A stretch of 64,000 nt of DNA from a virus, in IMG/VR virus record IMGVR_UViG_3300038301_000548, positions 1 through 64,000 of that record, one strand, 5' to 3'. Positions within the stretch are counted from its first letter, which is position 1. Every line of letters begins with the position of its first letter. The notes under the pieces are model-generated. The model searched no databases. It was not told the origin of the DNA and was given only the letters and a program-made list of their open reading frames with translations. Of the stretch, positions 1 through 8,350 are shown one piece after another. Made by a program: the position numbers and the translations under genes.

Positions 1-13
1 ACAAGACGATGTT

Positions 14-193
14 TCATTTACAGCTCCTACACACATGAGAGCCAAAGACTGGCTTCTTTACATTAGGGAAATACTCGTGACAATAGATACAGTCAACGCC
101 ATAGATAGCATGCCCTGCATAGTGGCCACTGTCACGGTCGAAGCGAAGCTGGTTGGACCTCGCGATGAATCTCATTCTTGCTTTACCAGCCAT
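14..193 (-). CDS. Small Zn-finger-like hypothetical protein (59 aa, not in ORF track)
   Basis: Hand translation MAGKARMRF...DCIYCHEY...HVCRSCK* with two CxxC pairs; first gene after the promoter at 231-259. Confidence 0.6.
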   Translation of the reverse strand: MAGKARMRFIARSNQLRFDRDSGHYAGHAIYGVDCIYCHEYFPNVKKPVFGSHVCRSCK

Positions 194-230
194 AGAAAAA
201 ATAACCTTTCTTGATTGTTTCTACTCTTAT

Positions 231-259
231 AGTATAGCAGCTAAACCACTGAAAGTCAA
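231..259 (-). promoter_or_regulatory. sigma70-type promoter, array-type module
   Basis: TTGACT-N17-TATACT; sequence CCTTGACTTTCAGTGGTTTAGCTGCTATACT nearly identical to copies at 12602, 13329 and 14265. Confidence 0.85.
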
Positions 260-435
260 GGACTTTTGTTAATTATTTTCAACTCTTCTTGCCGCACATG
301 GACCTTCTCATCTCGGCAGAAGAGAATCACGAATCCATAGTCGTCTGAAGAGTGGTACTTTTCAAGTATCACACCAGCACCATACGACTCTTGATAGAAG
401 TCGTCTTTGAATTTTACTAAGTCACCGACTTTCAC
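256..435 (-). CDS. MKVGDLV-family small beta-barrel (KOW/SH3-like) protein, 59 aa
   Basis: GTG start inside the junction repeat at 422-436 (track start 480 is an over-extension); ends INKSP* with the TGA inside the -35 box. Confidence 0.75.
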   Translation of the reverse strand: MKVGDLVKFKDDFYQESYGAGVILEKYHSSDDYGFVILFCRDEKVHVRQEELKIINKSP

Positions 436-622
436 TGAGTATCTCCAAGTGGTCCGGTAATGCGGTTTCTTTGATGCCATTTTGCCATAAGACTATCACC
501 CTATCAGGTACGAAACTGAGACGCACAAGGTCATTTGATACGACTAGTCCCAGTCGCCAATGAGGTGGGTATACGTCAGCAGCGAGTGGCAGATTGATTC
601 TCACTAAGTCACCGACTTTCAC
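422..622 (-). CDS. MKVGDLV-family protein, 66 aa
   Basis: MKVGDLVRINL...VLWQNG...LEILSESR*; starts and ends in junction repeats. Confidence 0.8.
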   Translation of the reverse strand: MKVGDLVRINLPLAADVYPPHWRLGLVVSNDLVRLSFVPDRVIVLWQNGIKETALPDHLEILSESR

Positions 623-764
623 TTAACACCTCAATCTGCTTATTATCTTCATGTAAATCTTGTTTTGTACCACAGCTCCACAATATTGTATGCCTACCCC
701 AACAGTGTCTTTTAATTACGACACCTACCCAATCAAATCGTTTCACCAAATCACCGACTTTCAT
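609..764 (-). CDS. MKVGDLV-family protein, 51 aa (not in ORF track)
   Basis: Hand translation MKVGDLVKRFDWVGVVIKRHCWGRHTILWSCGTKQDLHEDNKQIEVLSESR*. Confidence 0.8.
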   Translation of the reverse strand: MKVGDLVKRFDWVGVVIKRHCWGRHTILWSCGTKQDLHEDNKQIEVLSESR

Positions 765-936
765 CATCTGAGTCTCTTCCGTACAGCTTATCTATTCTTT
801 TTTTGCGGAAATATTCTGCTAGTATTTCTCTCGCGGCATCCTCTCTTGCAGACTGTTGTGAGGCCTTCACTGTTGCTCTAAACAATATATAGAAACCAGC
901 AACCAACAATATGAAAAATAAAGTATCATCCATCAC
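751..936 (-). CDS. Small membrane protein ending in the junction repeat
   Basis: N-terminal hydrophobic helix; ends DDESR* overlapping the next ATGAAAGTCGGTGA. Confidence 0.65.
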   Translation of the reverse strand: MMDDTLFFILLVAGFYILFRATVKASQQSAREDAAREILAEYFRKKRIDKLYGRDSDDESR

Positions 937-1250
937 CGAACAACCTCCACCGAGTTGGAACCGAAGTTGAGTGTTGCCACCCCCTTGCAGTCGTTGTAGG
1001 CGACGTGCACTGTGACCCTTGTTGGGTCACTCTGCCATCTGACTGAAAAGACTTTGCCCGGGCGGATGACATCACATTGTTCTGGATCGTATTTTCGACC
1101 GCAGTTGGCATCAAGTCTCTGTATCGCCTGGACATCTTGTTGCCAACTGTCACAGCCTAACTCCAGCTGGGTTACCTTTACAATGGTGCCTATGCGGGGT
1201 GTGGATTCGGGGCTACAATCTTCTCTTACCAATGTTCCGACTTCTACCAT
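933..1250 (-). CDS. Hypothetical protein with a VEVGTLV KOW-like start
   Basis: MVEVGTLVRE...IGTIVKV...VRWQ; ATGA overlap with the downstream gene. Confidence 0.6.
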   Translation of the reverse strand: MVEVGTLVREDCSPESTPRIGTIVKVTQLELGCDSWQQDVQAIQRLDANCGRKYDPEQCDVIRPGKVFSVRWQSDPTRVTVHVAYNDCKGVATLNFGSNSVEVVR

Positions 1251-1612
1251 TCTATGGTCCTCCTGATGTGAACATTCGAATCATAATAGCAGCCGCGCTG
1301 TTCACAATCCTCTTGATCTTCTCCGACCCGGGTGAGTAGCCAGCTCTCGTCATCGATGTATTCGAGAATCTCCTCTATCAAAGAGACATCTTCGTGGCTA
1401 TCGTACCACTTCACACCCTCAAAAACTAATCGCGATTCGCAGTCTTTATTTTTATCGCTGAAATCACATGGTGGTATCTCAATAAAATTTCCAGAGTCCA
1501 TGCTCATAAGACTATGGACTTCGTGATCTTTAGGTAGGTGGTCGATAATTGCCTTTAATAGTCTTGTTGCATTATCGGTGAGGGCAATTACAATATCTGA
1601 ACGGTATCCCAT
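1244..1612 (-). CDS. Hypothetical phage protein
   Basis: 122-aa ORF packed with its neighbours on the coding strand. Confidence 0.65.
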   Translation of the reverse strand: MGYRSDIVIALTDNATRLLKAIIDHLPKDHEVHSLMSMDSGNFIEIPPCDFSDKNKDCESRLVFEGVKWYDSHEDVSLIEEILEYIDDESWLLTRVGEDQEDCEQRGCYYDSNVHIRRTIEW

Positions 1613-1613
1613 T

Positions 1614-1805
1614 TTATCTATTCACTTTCAGTAAGTACCTGTCACATGGCGTCCACCATTGGTTATGCTTTACCCCACATTCTCGGGCGAAGGTTGGTGG
1701 CCAAACGACTAGAGCGGATTGGCATGGCCTGTCATTATTTACTTTTTTCACGAGTCCGATGGCATCGTTCCACAAATATTTAACTAGATTACCTGGGATA
1801 ATCAT
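1614..1805 (-). CDS. Dispersed KOW/SH3-like small protein
   Basis: IPGNLVKY...IGLVKKV...VVW...WW; follows the promoter at 1841-1869. Confidence 0.6.
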   Translation of the reverse strand: MIIPGNLVKYLWNDAIGLVKKVNNDRPCQSALVVWPPTFARECGVKHNQWWTPCDRYLLKVNR

Positions 1806-1840
1806 TGATTAACCTTTCTTATTGATTCTTTCTATGTACT

Positions 1841-1869
1841 ATATTACGCTAATTTGACTTGAATGTCAA
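1841..1869 (-). promoter_or_regulatory. sigma70-type promoter
   Basis: TTGACA-N17-TAATAT overlapping the 3' end of the upstream ORF. Confidence 0.7.
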
Positions 1870-2068
1870 GATGTTTTATTTCTTTTTTTGAAGAAAGTAT
1901 CTTCCATCTTTTGTGTGGCCACCATCGTTGATGTCCGGTGTTGTCCAGTACTAAAACATCGTGCACTGTTGGATTTACGTCTAGCACTATCCCCCAAGAC
2001 ATGAGAGCTTCCCATTGATCTGTGTTTGTGATATAGCAAGCTACTAAGTCGCCTTTTTTAATGTGCAT
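1844..2068 (-). CDS. Dispersed KOW/SH3-like small protein
   Basis: IKKGDLVAC...WGIVLDV...VLVL...RWW. Confidence 0.65.
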   Translation of the reverse strand: MHIKKGDLVACYITNTDQWEALMSWGIVLDVNPTVHDVLVLDNTGHQRWWPHKRWKILSSKKEIKHLDIQVKLA

Positions 2069-2075
2069 AGTATAA

Positions 2076-2516
2076 CTATGCTTTATCTAGCCATTTTTCC
2101 CTTGTTCCCATTACATGATCCATTAAAGGGCACACAACACACCAGTTTGCGTTCTGATTACGTCCCATGTGGTGCTCGTAGTGCCAAGGAGCCCACTTCT
2201 TAAAGAACTCTACGTGTTGGTGCGTCTTGCGGTGCAGAACGATGTAAACTAGGGCATATAGAATGGCTGTAGCCGCGAAGGGCAGCCAAACGAATAAAAA
2301 TGGCAAGTGCAGTCCGATTCCTGCTAGGGTTATCCAAGTTTCATTGTGGAATAATTTGTCTGCATAATCTTTGTCGTGGTTATCATGCCTTCTGGCCATG
2401 GCGTGATGCTTCCAGTGGAATCTGAATCTTGATTTACCTTTCGGCTTGTGCAATAGTATATGGACACTCCAATCTAGGTAGTTGGCGTAGAAAAAACCTA
2501 GCAAAATTCCAATCAC
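2076..2516 (-). CDS. Fatty-acid hydroxylase/sterol desaturase superfamily membrane di-iron enzyme
   Basis: His boxes HILLH, HWKHH, HRKTH, HYEHH; hydrophobic segments; NWCVVCPLMDHVMGT resembles the N(F/Y)G...WD..FGT tail of the family. Confidence 0.8.
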   Translation of the reverse strand: MIGILLGFFYANYLDWSVHILLHKPKGKSRFRFHWKHHAMARRHDNHDKDYADKLFHNETWITLAGIGLHLPFLFVWLPFAATAILYALVYIVLHRKTHQHVEFFKKWAPWHYEHHMGRNQNANWCVVCPLMDHVMGTREKWLDKA

Positions 2517-2580
2517 TACCCCAAGACAAGCACCTCTTTTTTGTATTGAAAGTGCGAAAGATCTTTCGCACCTATATTAA

Positions 2581-2676
2581 CTATTCATTGCCGATGTAAA
2601 TCACCAGAAAAAAAATAAAAGCTACGATTAATCCGATTGAAGCTTTCCATAGAATCTCATAGGTTAAAGGATCCAT
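2581..2676 (-). CDS. 31-aa single-TM peptide
   Basis: MDPLTYEILWKASIGLIVAFIFFLVIYIGNE*, preceded by the SD GAGGAG. Confidence 0.5.
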   Translation of the reverse strand: MDPLTYEILWKASIGLIVAFIFFLVIYIGNE

Positions 2677-2944
2677 CACTTTTCTCCTCTTCTTGTGGGT
2701 GGGTCTCGTTAGGGAAGCTGTCCTTGCCGCATCACCCTCGCCAGTCTATGTCTAACTTTAATTTCTTTCAACCCGGTAGGAACACTCCATTGTTCTGCTA
2801 GGGTCCAGTTGAACGCGGTTATAGACAATCGCGCTTGATATAGTGTTTTTACTAACGAGTCCCGCCAGTTGCCATGTTGAAAAATCACAACAAAGTTTGA
2901 CCAGCTGGCACCATCGGTGTTCCCTGTGGGATCAAAGATGGATT

Positions 2945-4189
2945 TTAATCAATCGCGACGACTCTCTCTTTGGTTTCGAAGTGAGGCCCGTTCGCATGTA
3001 CTGATGTGGTCATCCACATACGTTGACATTTGCTAGGTTTAGGCTTAGGAGCACACATGTCTGTTAAAATTATATGACCATCGAAGGCGCCTCGATTGAC
3101 ATAGTCAGTTGGAGCATCGAAACAGGTACCACCATGCATAACTCGCTCTTGCTGACGCTTAACACCTTTTTTCCAAGTATAAACTAAACTTTCTTCTACC
3201 CGCGTATCAAAAGGTATTACCACAAATTCTGCTATCTCTGCTAACTTGTTAAGCTCTGCAAAGAACTTAGCCAACATAGTGTCGTCCACTGAACCAGATT
3301 GATCGATTGAGACTGCGACCTTGGCTACTCGATTGGACTTCTTGCCGGGGTGAATGTAGGCATAGCGTCGATTAATTCTCTTGATCGAGCTAGACCTGTT
3401 GGCGCGTTGGCTCGCCTTGACAAAGAAGCGAAGAACCTTTTTCCAATCAATCTTCGTGTCTAACACTTTCATGATCTTACGCCGGCAGTCAGCTGAGACT
3501 GAACCCCAACTGTTAGTCTTAGCGCAGTCCTGCGCAGCCTTCTTGATAATATCTTTGAGACGTTCCTTGGCCATGTCCTTAACTTCTTGACTGCAATTAC
3601 CCCACCCGCTGTGGTCGTCAAGTGTGTCTGGTAAATCTTCATCGGATAGGTCAGCCATACTTACTTGTTCGCCACCATCACCACCAGGTTGACTTGGGGC
3701 GCCACCAGGACCAGGCTCGCCGTCTTCACCATCTTCAGAATATTCCATCTCTTTCTTGTCTTTCACGACCTTTGGGAGATTGGCTAGATACCACTCTGCG
3801 CTCATGCCACGAGGAAGGTCAGCGAATGGGCCGACGCCGGGGATGAGTCCACCTTCTGGTAGGTTGCTCAAGTGAGAGTTGATAGCTAAATCAGCTGCAA
3901 TGTTCCATAGCTTTGGCTTGACACCATCGGGCATTCGGTCAGTTACGTGCAAGAACGTGATATGATAGAACTCGTGCTTGAGTACATCGCGGCGTTCTGG
4001 GTCAGTCAATTTGCCAAAGAAATCTGGATTGTATAACATCTCAAATTGACCAGAATCCGGATTAACCATGACTCCGGCAGTTGGTATCGCATATGTGGCG
4101 CGCTTGTCTATGCGGCGAGAAACCGCCGCGAAGAATGGCTCGTCCATAAGAAGACGAGCTGTGTGGATATTTAGGTCAAAACCAGTCAT
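2945..4189 (-). CDS. DUF2201-type metallopeptidase + VWA-like protein
   Basis: HEFYH zinc motif, WNIAADLAIN, Gly/acidic linker, C-terminal MIDAS-like IDQSGS and GGT. Confidence 0.85.
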   Translation of the reverse strand: MTGFDLNIHTARLLMDEPFFAAVSRRIDKRATYAIPTAGVMVNPDSGQFEMLYNPDFFGKLTDPERRDVLKHEFYHITFLHVTDRMPDGVKPKLWNIAADLAINSHLSNLPEGGLIPGVGPFADLPRGMSAEWYLANLPKVVKDKKEMEYSEDGEDGEPGPGGAPSQPGGDGGEQVSMADLSDEDLPDTLDDHSGWGNCSQEVKDMAKERLKDIIKKAAQDCAKTNSWGSVSADCRRKIMKVLDTKIDWKKVLRFFVKASQRANRSSSIKRINRRYAYIHPGKKSNRVAKVAVSIDQSGSVDDTMLAKFFAELNKLAEIAEFVVIPFDTRVEESLVYTWKKGVKRQQERVMHGGTCFDAPTDYVNRGAFDGHIILTDMCAPKPKPSKCQRMWMTTSVHANGPHFETKERVVAID

Positions 4190-4191
4190 GG

Positions 4192-5256
4192 TTACTCTCC
4201 AGTGCTGTCGCCTGCAAGGATCTTAACTAAGTAATCAGAGACTGAATTACCGTCAACTTCTGATTGGTGGAGCTTGATTGTGTTATTGATCTCGCCGTTC
4301 CCAAGAACAGACCATAGCTTCATGGCAACTTCGGAAGGAAGCATGATGAAATATCGAGCAAGGTTATCAACCTTATCTTGGTCAAGCTCAGACTTGAAAC
4401 AATCCGAGGCCTCAAACTTATCAATTAATGCTGTGTGGTCATTAATACCAAAGTCCGAAACCTTAGTGAAATTACCGTAATCAAGAATATCCTCGATAGT
4501 GACCTGTCGATCATAGTTTTGAACGAAATCGTTGAATGTGACGGCGGCTTCGAACCCAACAAAAGCAGCTGCCAAACTGTATAGCGCGGGGCTGGCTTCC
4601 TCAAGAAGTTTTGCCTGGCGCAAACACTCGTCGAGACGCTCCCACGAACGGCGGGAAGGGTAAACCTTGTTAGGTTCGAAGTCGTCAGAGTGCTCAAGAT
4701 GAACGCGATTGGTGTTGATAAAGTCCCACGTAATGTCGGAGATACCAGTATCCTTAGCCCAAGCCAACCAATCTTCTGTGCTTGGCTCAAGGTCGAATAC
4801 AGTCCAGCGATCAAGCTCAGCAGGGTCCATCTCTCCAACCTGATATTGAGCGCCATGTTCGCCGCCATTGACTGCGGCAAAGACTAGAGTGCCTTCGTGC
4901 AGTTTGTGGCCGTTGAGCTTACGTGAATCGGTAAGCTCGAAGATACCCTGTCGGACCTCAAGAGTGGCGCGGTCGACTTCGTCGAGGAACAGAACAACAG
5001 GCTCGTCGCAAGCTGTCTTGAACCAGTCTGGTGGGTTGAATTTGGTGCTGTTATCATCGACAACAGGTAGACCGACTAGATCACCTTCAGTCATTTGAGA
5101 CGCACGACGTTCAACAACGGGCATACCAATCTTATCAGCGTACTGATAAACGACGGTAGACTTGCCGATGCCGTGACGACCTCGTAGCAAGACTGGCTTG
5201 CGTACTGCGGTAACGTGATTAACGATGCTTGAGAATGTCTTAAAATCAACTGCCAT
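4192..5256 (-). CDS. MoxR-type AAA+ ATPase
   Basis: Walker A GRHGIGKS, Walker B VLFLDE, MDPAELDRW, PSRRSW; adjacent to its VWA partner. Confidence 0.9.
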   Translation of the reverse strand: MAVDFKTFSSIVNHVTAVRKPVLLRGRHGIGKSTVVYQYADKIGMPVVERRASQMTEGDLVGLPVVDDNSTKFNPPDWFKTACDEPVVLFLDEVDRATLEVRQGIFELTDSRKLNGHKLHEGTLVFAAVNGGEHGAQYQVGEMDPAELDRWTVFDLEPSTEDWLAWAKDTGISDITWDFINTNRVHLEHSDDFEPNKVYPSRRSWERLDECLRQAKLLEEASPALYSLAAAFVGFEAAVTFNDFVQNYDRQVTIEDILDYGNFTKVSDFGINDHTALIDKFEASDCFKSELDQDKVDNLARYFIMLPSEVAMKLWSVLGNGEINNTIKLHQSEVDGNSVSDYLVKILAGDSTGE

Positions 5257-5311
5257 TTGGGGTTCTCCTAGTTGTTAGCAGTTATTGGTTACTCATCCAC
5301 TGTATATAAAT

Positions 5312-5340
5312 AGTATAGCACAAGCGGGTATCGAAGTCAA
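5312..5340 (-). promoter_or_regulatory. sigma70-type promoter for the AAA/VWA operon
   Basis: TTGACT-N17-TATACT. Confidence 0.8.
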
Positions 5341-5347
5341 GAACTTT

Positions 5348-5968
5348 TTATTTGGAAAGTTCTACAATTTTTCTAAAGGCTTCCTGTTCTGCGCGGTTGT
5401 GGCCACAGGTTGAAATCTTGATTGCTAATTCCAAGGGGCAATTTGGGTGGGACGCAAACAACTCTAGTTGATGGGATGTTGAATAATAGGATGCCAAGGC
5501 GACGATAGATTCGTCCTGAGGCTTACGCTTTGGACAATAGAAACAGTCATATATCTTGTTTAACAATTCTGATGGGGTGTGTGCGGCACCTTGAGCTAGA
5601 TTATTACGGTCCCTCCAATATCGACCAGTGTTATGATAGACAAAAGACCCTAACATACGGTAAGGCGAGCGCTTCCAAGCAGAGGGGTAATTTCTAAATA
5701 GTTCCCAATATTTCTCAGGATCATTAATGTAGAACCCATTAGCGATCAAAGTTGACTTGTAAGTATATCCAGAATTAATTCGGTCGGACCAAAGTAGGTC
5801 TCTTACCTTTGCTGTAAGTCCAGAGTTCTCCAGGAGGTGCGTGTGGCCATTGCGATACGGTAAGTCAACGAGCGCCAGTTGCAATTCTTCTGAAATGAAT
5901 CGATTCTTAGCTAAACCGACGATTTCGTCGTTTCGCATTTTTCTAATGTTTAATAATAAGTTTTCCAA
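5348..5968 (-). CDS. Hypothetical protein (206 aa)
   Basis: Long ORF between two promoters. Confidence 0.7.
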   Translation of the reverse strand: MENLLLNIRKMRNDEIVGLAKNRFISEELQLALVDLPYRNGHTHLLENSGLTAKVRDLLWSDRINSGYTYKSTLIANGFYINDPEKYWELFRNYPSAWKRSPYRMLGSFVYHNTGRYWRDRNNLAQGAAHTPSELLNKIYDCFYCPKRKPQDESIVALASYYSTSHQLELFASHPNCPLELAIKISTCGHNRAEQEAFRKIVELSK

Positions 5969-5988
5969 AACAGTTCTTTCTTAATCTT

Positions 5989-6033
5989 TCTATATATATA
6001 TTATCAGATTTTGATAGGTAAGTCAATAAAATT
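5989..6033. repeat. 45-bp direct repeat copy A, containing promoter TTGACT-N17-TAATAT (5998-6026)
   Basis: 42/45 identical to 7155-7199; overlaps the last codons of the endonuclease gene. Confidence 0.85.
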
Positions 6034-7128
6034 TTCTACTTCTTTTCTTAAAAAGCCTTCTATCTTCTTGGTTGAAGTCTTACCTGTTAATTTTCTACCA
6101 TCAATCTCAATCAACCTAACAGAGTTCTGCTCGCAAAGACTTTTCTTTAGAGAGTCCCTATACACCTGTTTCTTAAAATTTTCTAGTCCTCCAAAAAACT
6201 CTACAGGCTCATAATGCTGTTTACCTTGAAATTCAAAAGCAGTTTTCAGTTTCTCATTGTAACAATCAAGCTCTAAATTATATCCTGTATCGGGATTCTG
6301 CAAAAAGGCTGGACGCACAGATGACCAATCTAATCCCGTCACATCTTCTAGTATTTTTCTCAAAACTGCTTCCCCTGTAGATCCATGTCCGATTCGTATG
6401 CACTCTGGACACAGGTCATATAACTTCTCTGTCCTAGGACAAATGAGTGCTTCATATGGTGCGTGGCCTGGCATATCTGCCTGGCATGTGGTCATAAAAG
6501 ATATATACTTCGAGTTTTTCTTGTCTGCCTTTCTTCTTTTTTTGTAGAATGTAGTCACACTGTCTAACATTTCACGATACAGTTCAGAGCCAGTATTCAC
6601 AGACCTTTCTTCAACGCCGTGTTTGATTACGACTTTAAGAAACAGATCATAGATTCTTTTACAGTATCGACACTCAAAATACTCCTTCAGTTCCTCTTCA
6701 TTTCTTTTATTGTCAAAAACAACCGACAAAGCTGTAATGTCTCTCGAATGGAGTCCGAGCTGATTGCATGGTTCTGGAAATCGAGGCGGAGATTCCGAAG
6801 CGACGTCGAATGTGGCGGCTGGGACGATACTTACATCACTAATTTTATCTGAGATTGCTGCCTTATCCAAATCGTAATTGATAATTTGCATATGTGATTT
6901 ACGATTGCACTTATTGCATGTCACATATTGTCCAGTCTGCAAAAATTCAATATTAGAAACTGAAGACAAAGACGGAAGACTTGTGAAGTCCCATCTTACT
7001 TCAAAGCCGGATGCTTCAAGACTACTATTGAATCTATTTAGCGAATCTAAATCGAGCATCTTAAGATTAATGTATGCGAAGTGCGCGTGTTCGAAGACGT
7101 AACTTTCCATCAAAGGGGCCATATTCAC
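6004..7128 (-). CDS. Zn-binding PD-(D/E)XK (Vsr/DUF559-like) endonuclease, possibly homing-type
   Basis: CxxC motifs (CNKC, CRYC, CPEC) plus C-terminal LELDCYNEKLKTAFEFQGKQHY...D..KK..C. Confidence 0.7.
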   Translation of the reverse strand: MNMAPLMESYVFEHAHFAYINLKMLDLDSLNRFNSSLEASGFEVRWDFTSLPSLSSVSNIEFLQTGQYVTCNKCNRKSHMQIINYDLDKAAISDKISDVSIVPAATFDVASESPPRFPEPCNQLGLHSRDITALSVVFDNKRNEEELKEYFECRYCKRIYDLFLKVVIKHGVEERSVNTGSELYREMLDSVTTFYKKRRKADKKNSKYISFMTTCQADMPGHAPYEALICPRTEKLYDLCPECIRIGHGSTGEAVLRKILEDVTGLDWSSVRPAFLQNPDTGYNLELDCYNEKLKTAFEFQGKQHYEPVEFFGGLENFKKQVYRDSLKKSLCEQNSVRLIEIDGRKLTGKTSTKKIEGFLRKEVENFIDLPIKI

Positions 7129-7154
7129 TTATTAACTCCAACTGTTCTCGATTA

Positions 7155-7199
7155 TCTATATATATAATATCAGATTTTGGAAGGTAAGTCAATAAAATT
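7155..7199. repeat. 45-bp direct repeat copy B, containing promoter TTGACT-N17-TATTAT (7164-7192)
   Basis: 42/45 identical to 5989-6033. Confidence 0.85.
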
Positions 7200-7428
7200 A
7201 TTCACTTATTTTGGATAAGTGTTTGAGCCATTTGGGGCGGACCCAACGCGTTATACCAGTGTCGAAGAATCGGACTTTACAATGATACTCATCTGTATGC
7301 CAAAGACACTCGTTCGGATACATAACCCCGGTGTGCACAAGCTCTGATTGCAGAATTACTCCTCGTTCGTTCGTCGAGTGAGTTATTGTGACGAGATCGC
7401 CTATATCAAAAGTCTGCCTTACTTTCAT
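7198..7428 (-). CDS. Dispersed KOW/SH3-like protein
   Basis: FDIGDLVTI...RGVIL...CKVRFF...RWV. Confidence 0.65.
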   Translation of the reverse strand: MKVRQTFDIGDLVTITHSTNERGVILQSELVHTGVMYPNECLWHTDEYHCKVRFFDTGITRWVRPKWLKHLSKISE

Positions 7429-7459
7429 GTACTAGTTATAACACAAATAAGAAGAAAAA

Positions 7460-7783
7460 TCAAAAACTTTTTTTATTTCTGTGATGGTAGGCATATTTTA
7501 GCTCCCTTCTTGAATGGGTGGCCTTGGGGCTTTTCGGAAAGTATGATGCGTCACATTGCAGCCAAGTGACCTCGTAGGGATAAGTGGCCCAAGCAATTAC
7601 CTTCGTCACCAGGCCTACTCGAAACTTACCAGAGACGGATTGCAGATTTATATTGTAACTCCTCTTGTTCCCGTAGACCGACAGCCTTACTAAATCGCCG
7701 GTCATCATCGGCCTAGGTCTCTTGCCGCCTGCACACTCCCCACATATTGATAGGCGCCCTTGTTGTATGCCGGGGCAGAGCAT
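7460..7783 (-). CDS. Dispersed KOW/SH3-like protein (true start probably at MMTGDLV, about 7708)
   Basis: MTGDLVRL...VGLVTKV...YEVTW. Confidence 0.55.
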   Translation of the reverse strand: MLCPGIQQGRLSICGECAGGKRPRPMMTGDLVRLSVYGNKRSYNINLQSVSGKFRVGLVTKVIAWATYPYEVTWLQCDASYFPKSPKATHSRRELKYAYHHRNKKSF

Positions 7784-7905
7784 TTTGCTTTGCGGTTCAT
7801 CTCACGGATTGCCCGAGTCGATCCACAGTCAAGACAGGTGCGGTATCCAAGCTCAAGTCTTTTTGGGTTAAACTCGGTGTGACAGGCGACACAGACGGCT
7901 TCCAT
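7705..7905 (-). CDS. Small C4 zinc-finger protein
   Basis: CVAC...CLDC; PAYNKGAYQY tail. Confidence 0.7.
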   Translation of the reverse strand: MEAVCVACHTEFNPKRLELGYRTCLDCGSTRAIREMNRKAKCSAPAYNKGAYQYVGSVQAARDLGR

Positions 7906-8093
7906 TAGTGAATCTCCTGGTTTTCTAGGGGTGCAAGATAAAATTTAATATCGTTCAACACCTCGGTTAAGACAACGGCCTTATCTGGATTTTTATAATT
8001 TTCTGCAAACTTCTGGTTTACGAGTGCTATAACTGCATTAATGTTTATAGCTTCGATAAGGGTATCTTGTTCTCTCATATTTCTTTCTCTCAA
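7905..8093 (-). CDS. Hypothetical protein
   Basis: Stop/start overlaps on both sides. Confidence 0.55.
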   Translation of the reverse strand: MRERNMREQDTLIEAININAVIALVNQKFAENYKNPDKAVVLTEVLNDIKFYLAPLENQEIH

Positions 8094-8350
8094 TCAACAA
8101 TGTCAGCGTGGTGGCGGGCGCGGCCGACATGGCAACTGGTAGTCATAGAGCGGAAGCCATGTCGGCCATTCGCCGTGTAATCACGGATTACTTTAAGACC
8201 TGTCTTTTCACATGTGTCGCCGATCAGCAGCCCATAAGAATATAGAGACTTTCCATCGGTTGTAAAACAGCCAGTATGATTTCTTGCTTGCTTACCCTCT
8301 GCCCAATATTGTGGAACCATGTGGTTCCGTACTCTTGCTAATTTACTCAT
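8090..8350 (-). CDS. Hypothetical protein
   Basis: ATGA overlap with the next gene; preceded by AAGGA. Confidence 0.6.
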   Translation of the reverse strand: MSKLARVRNHMVPQYWAEGKQARNHTGCFTTDGKSLYSYGLLIGDTCEKTGLKVIRDYTANGRHGFRSMTTSCHVGRARHHADIVD

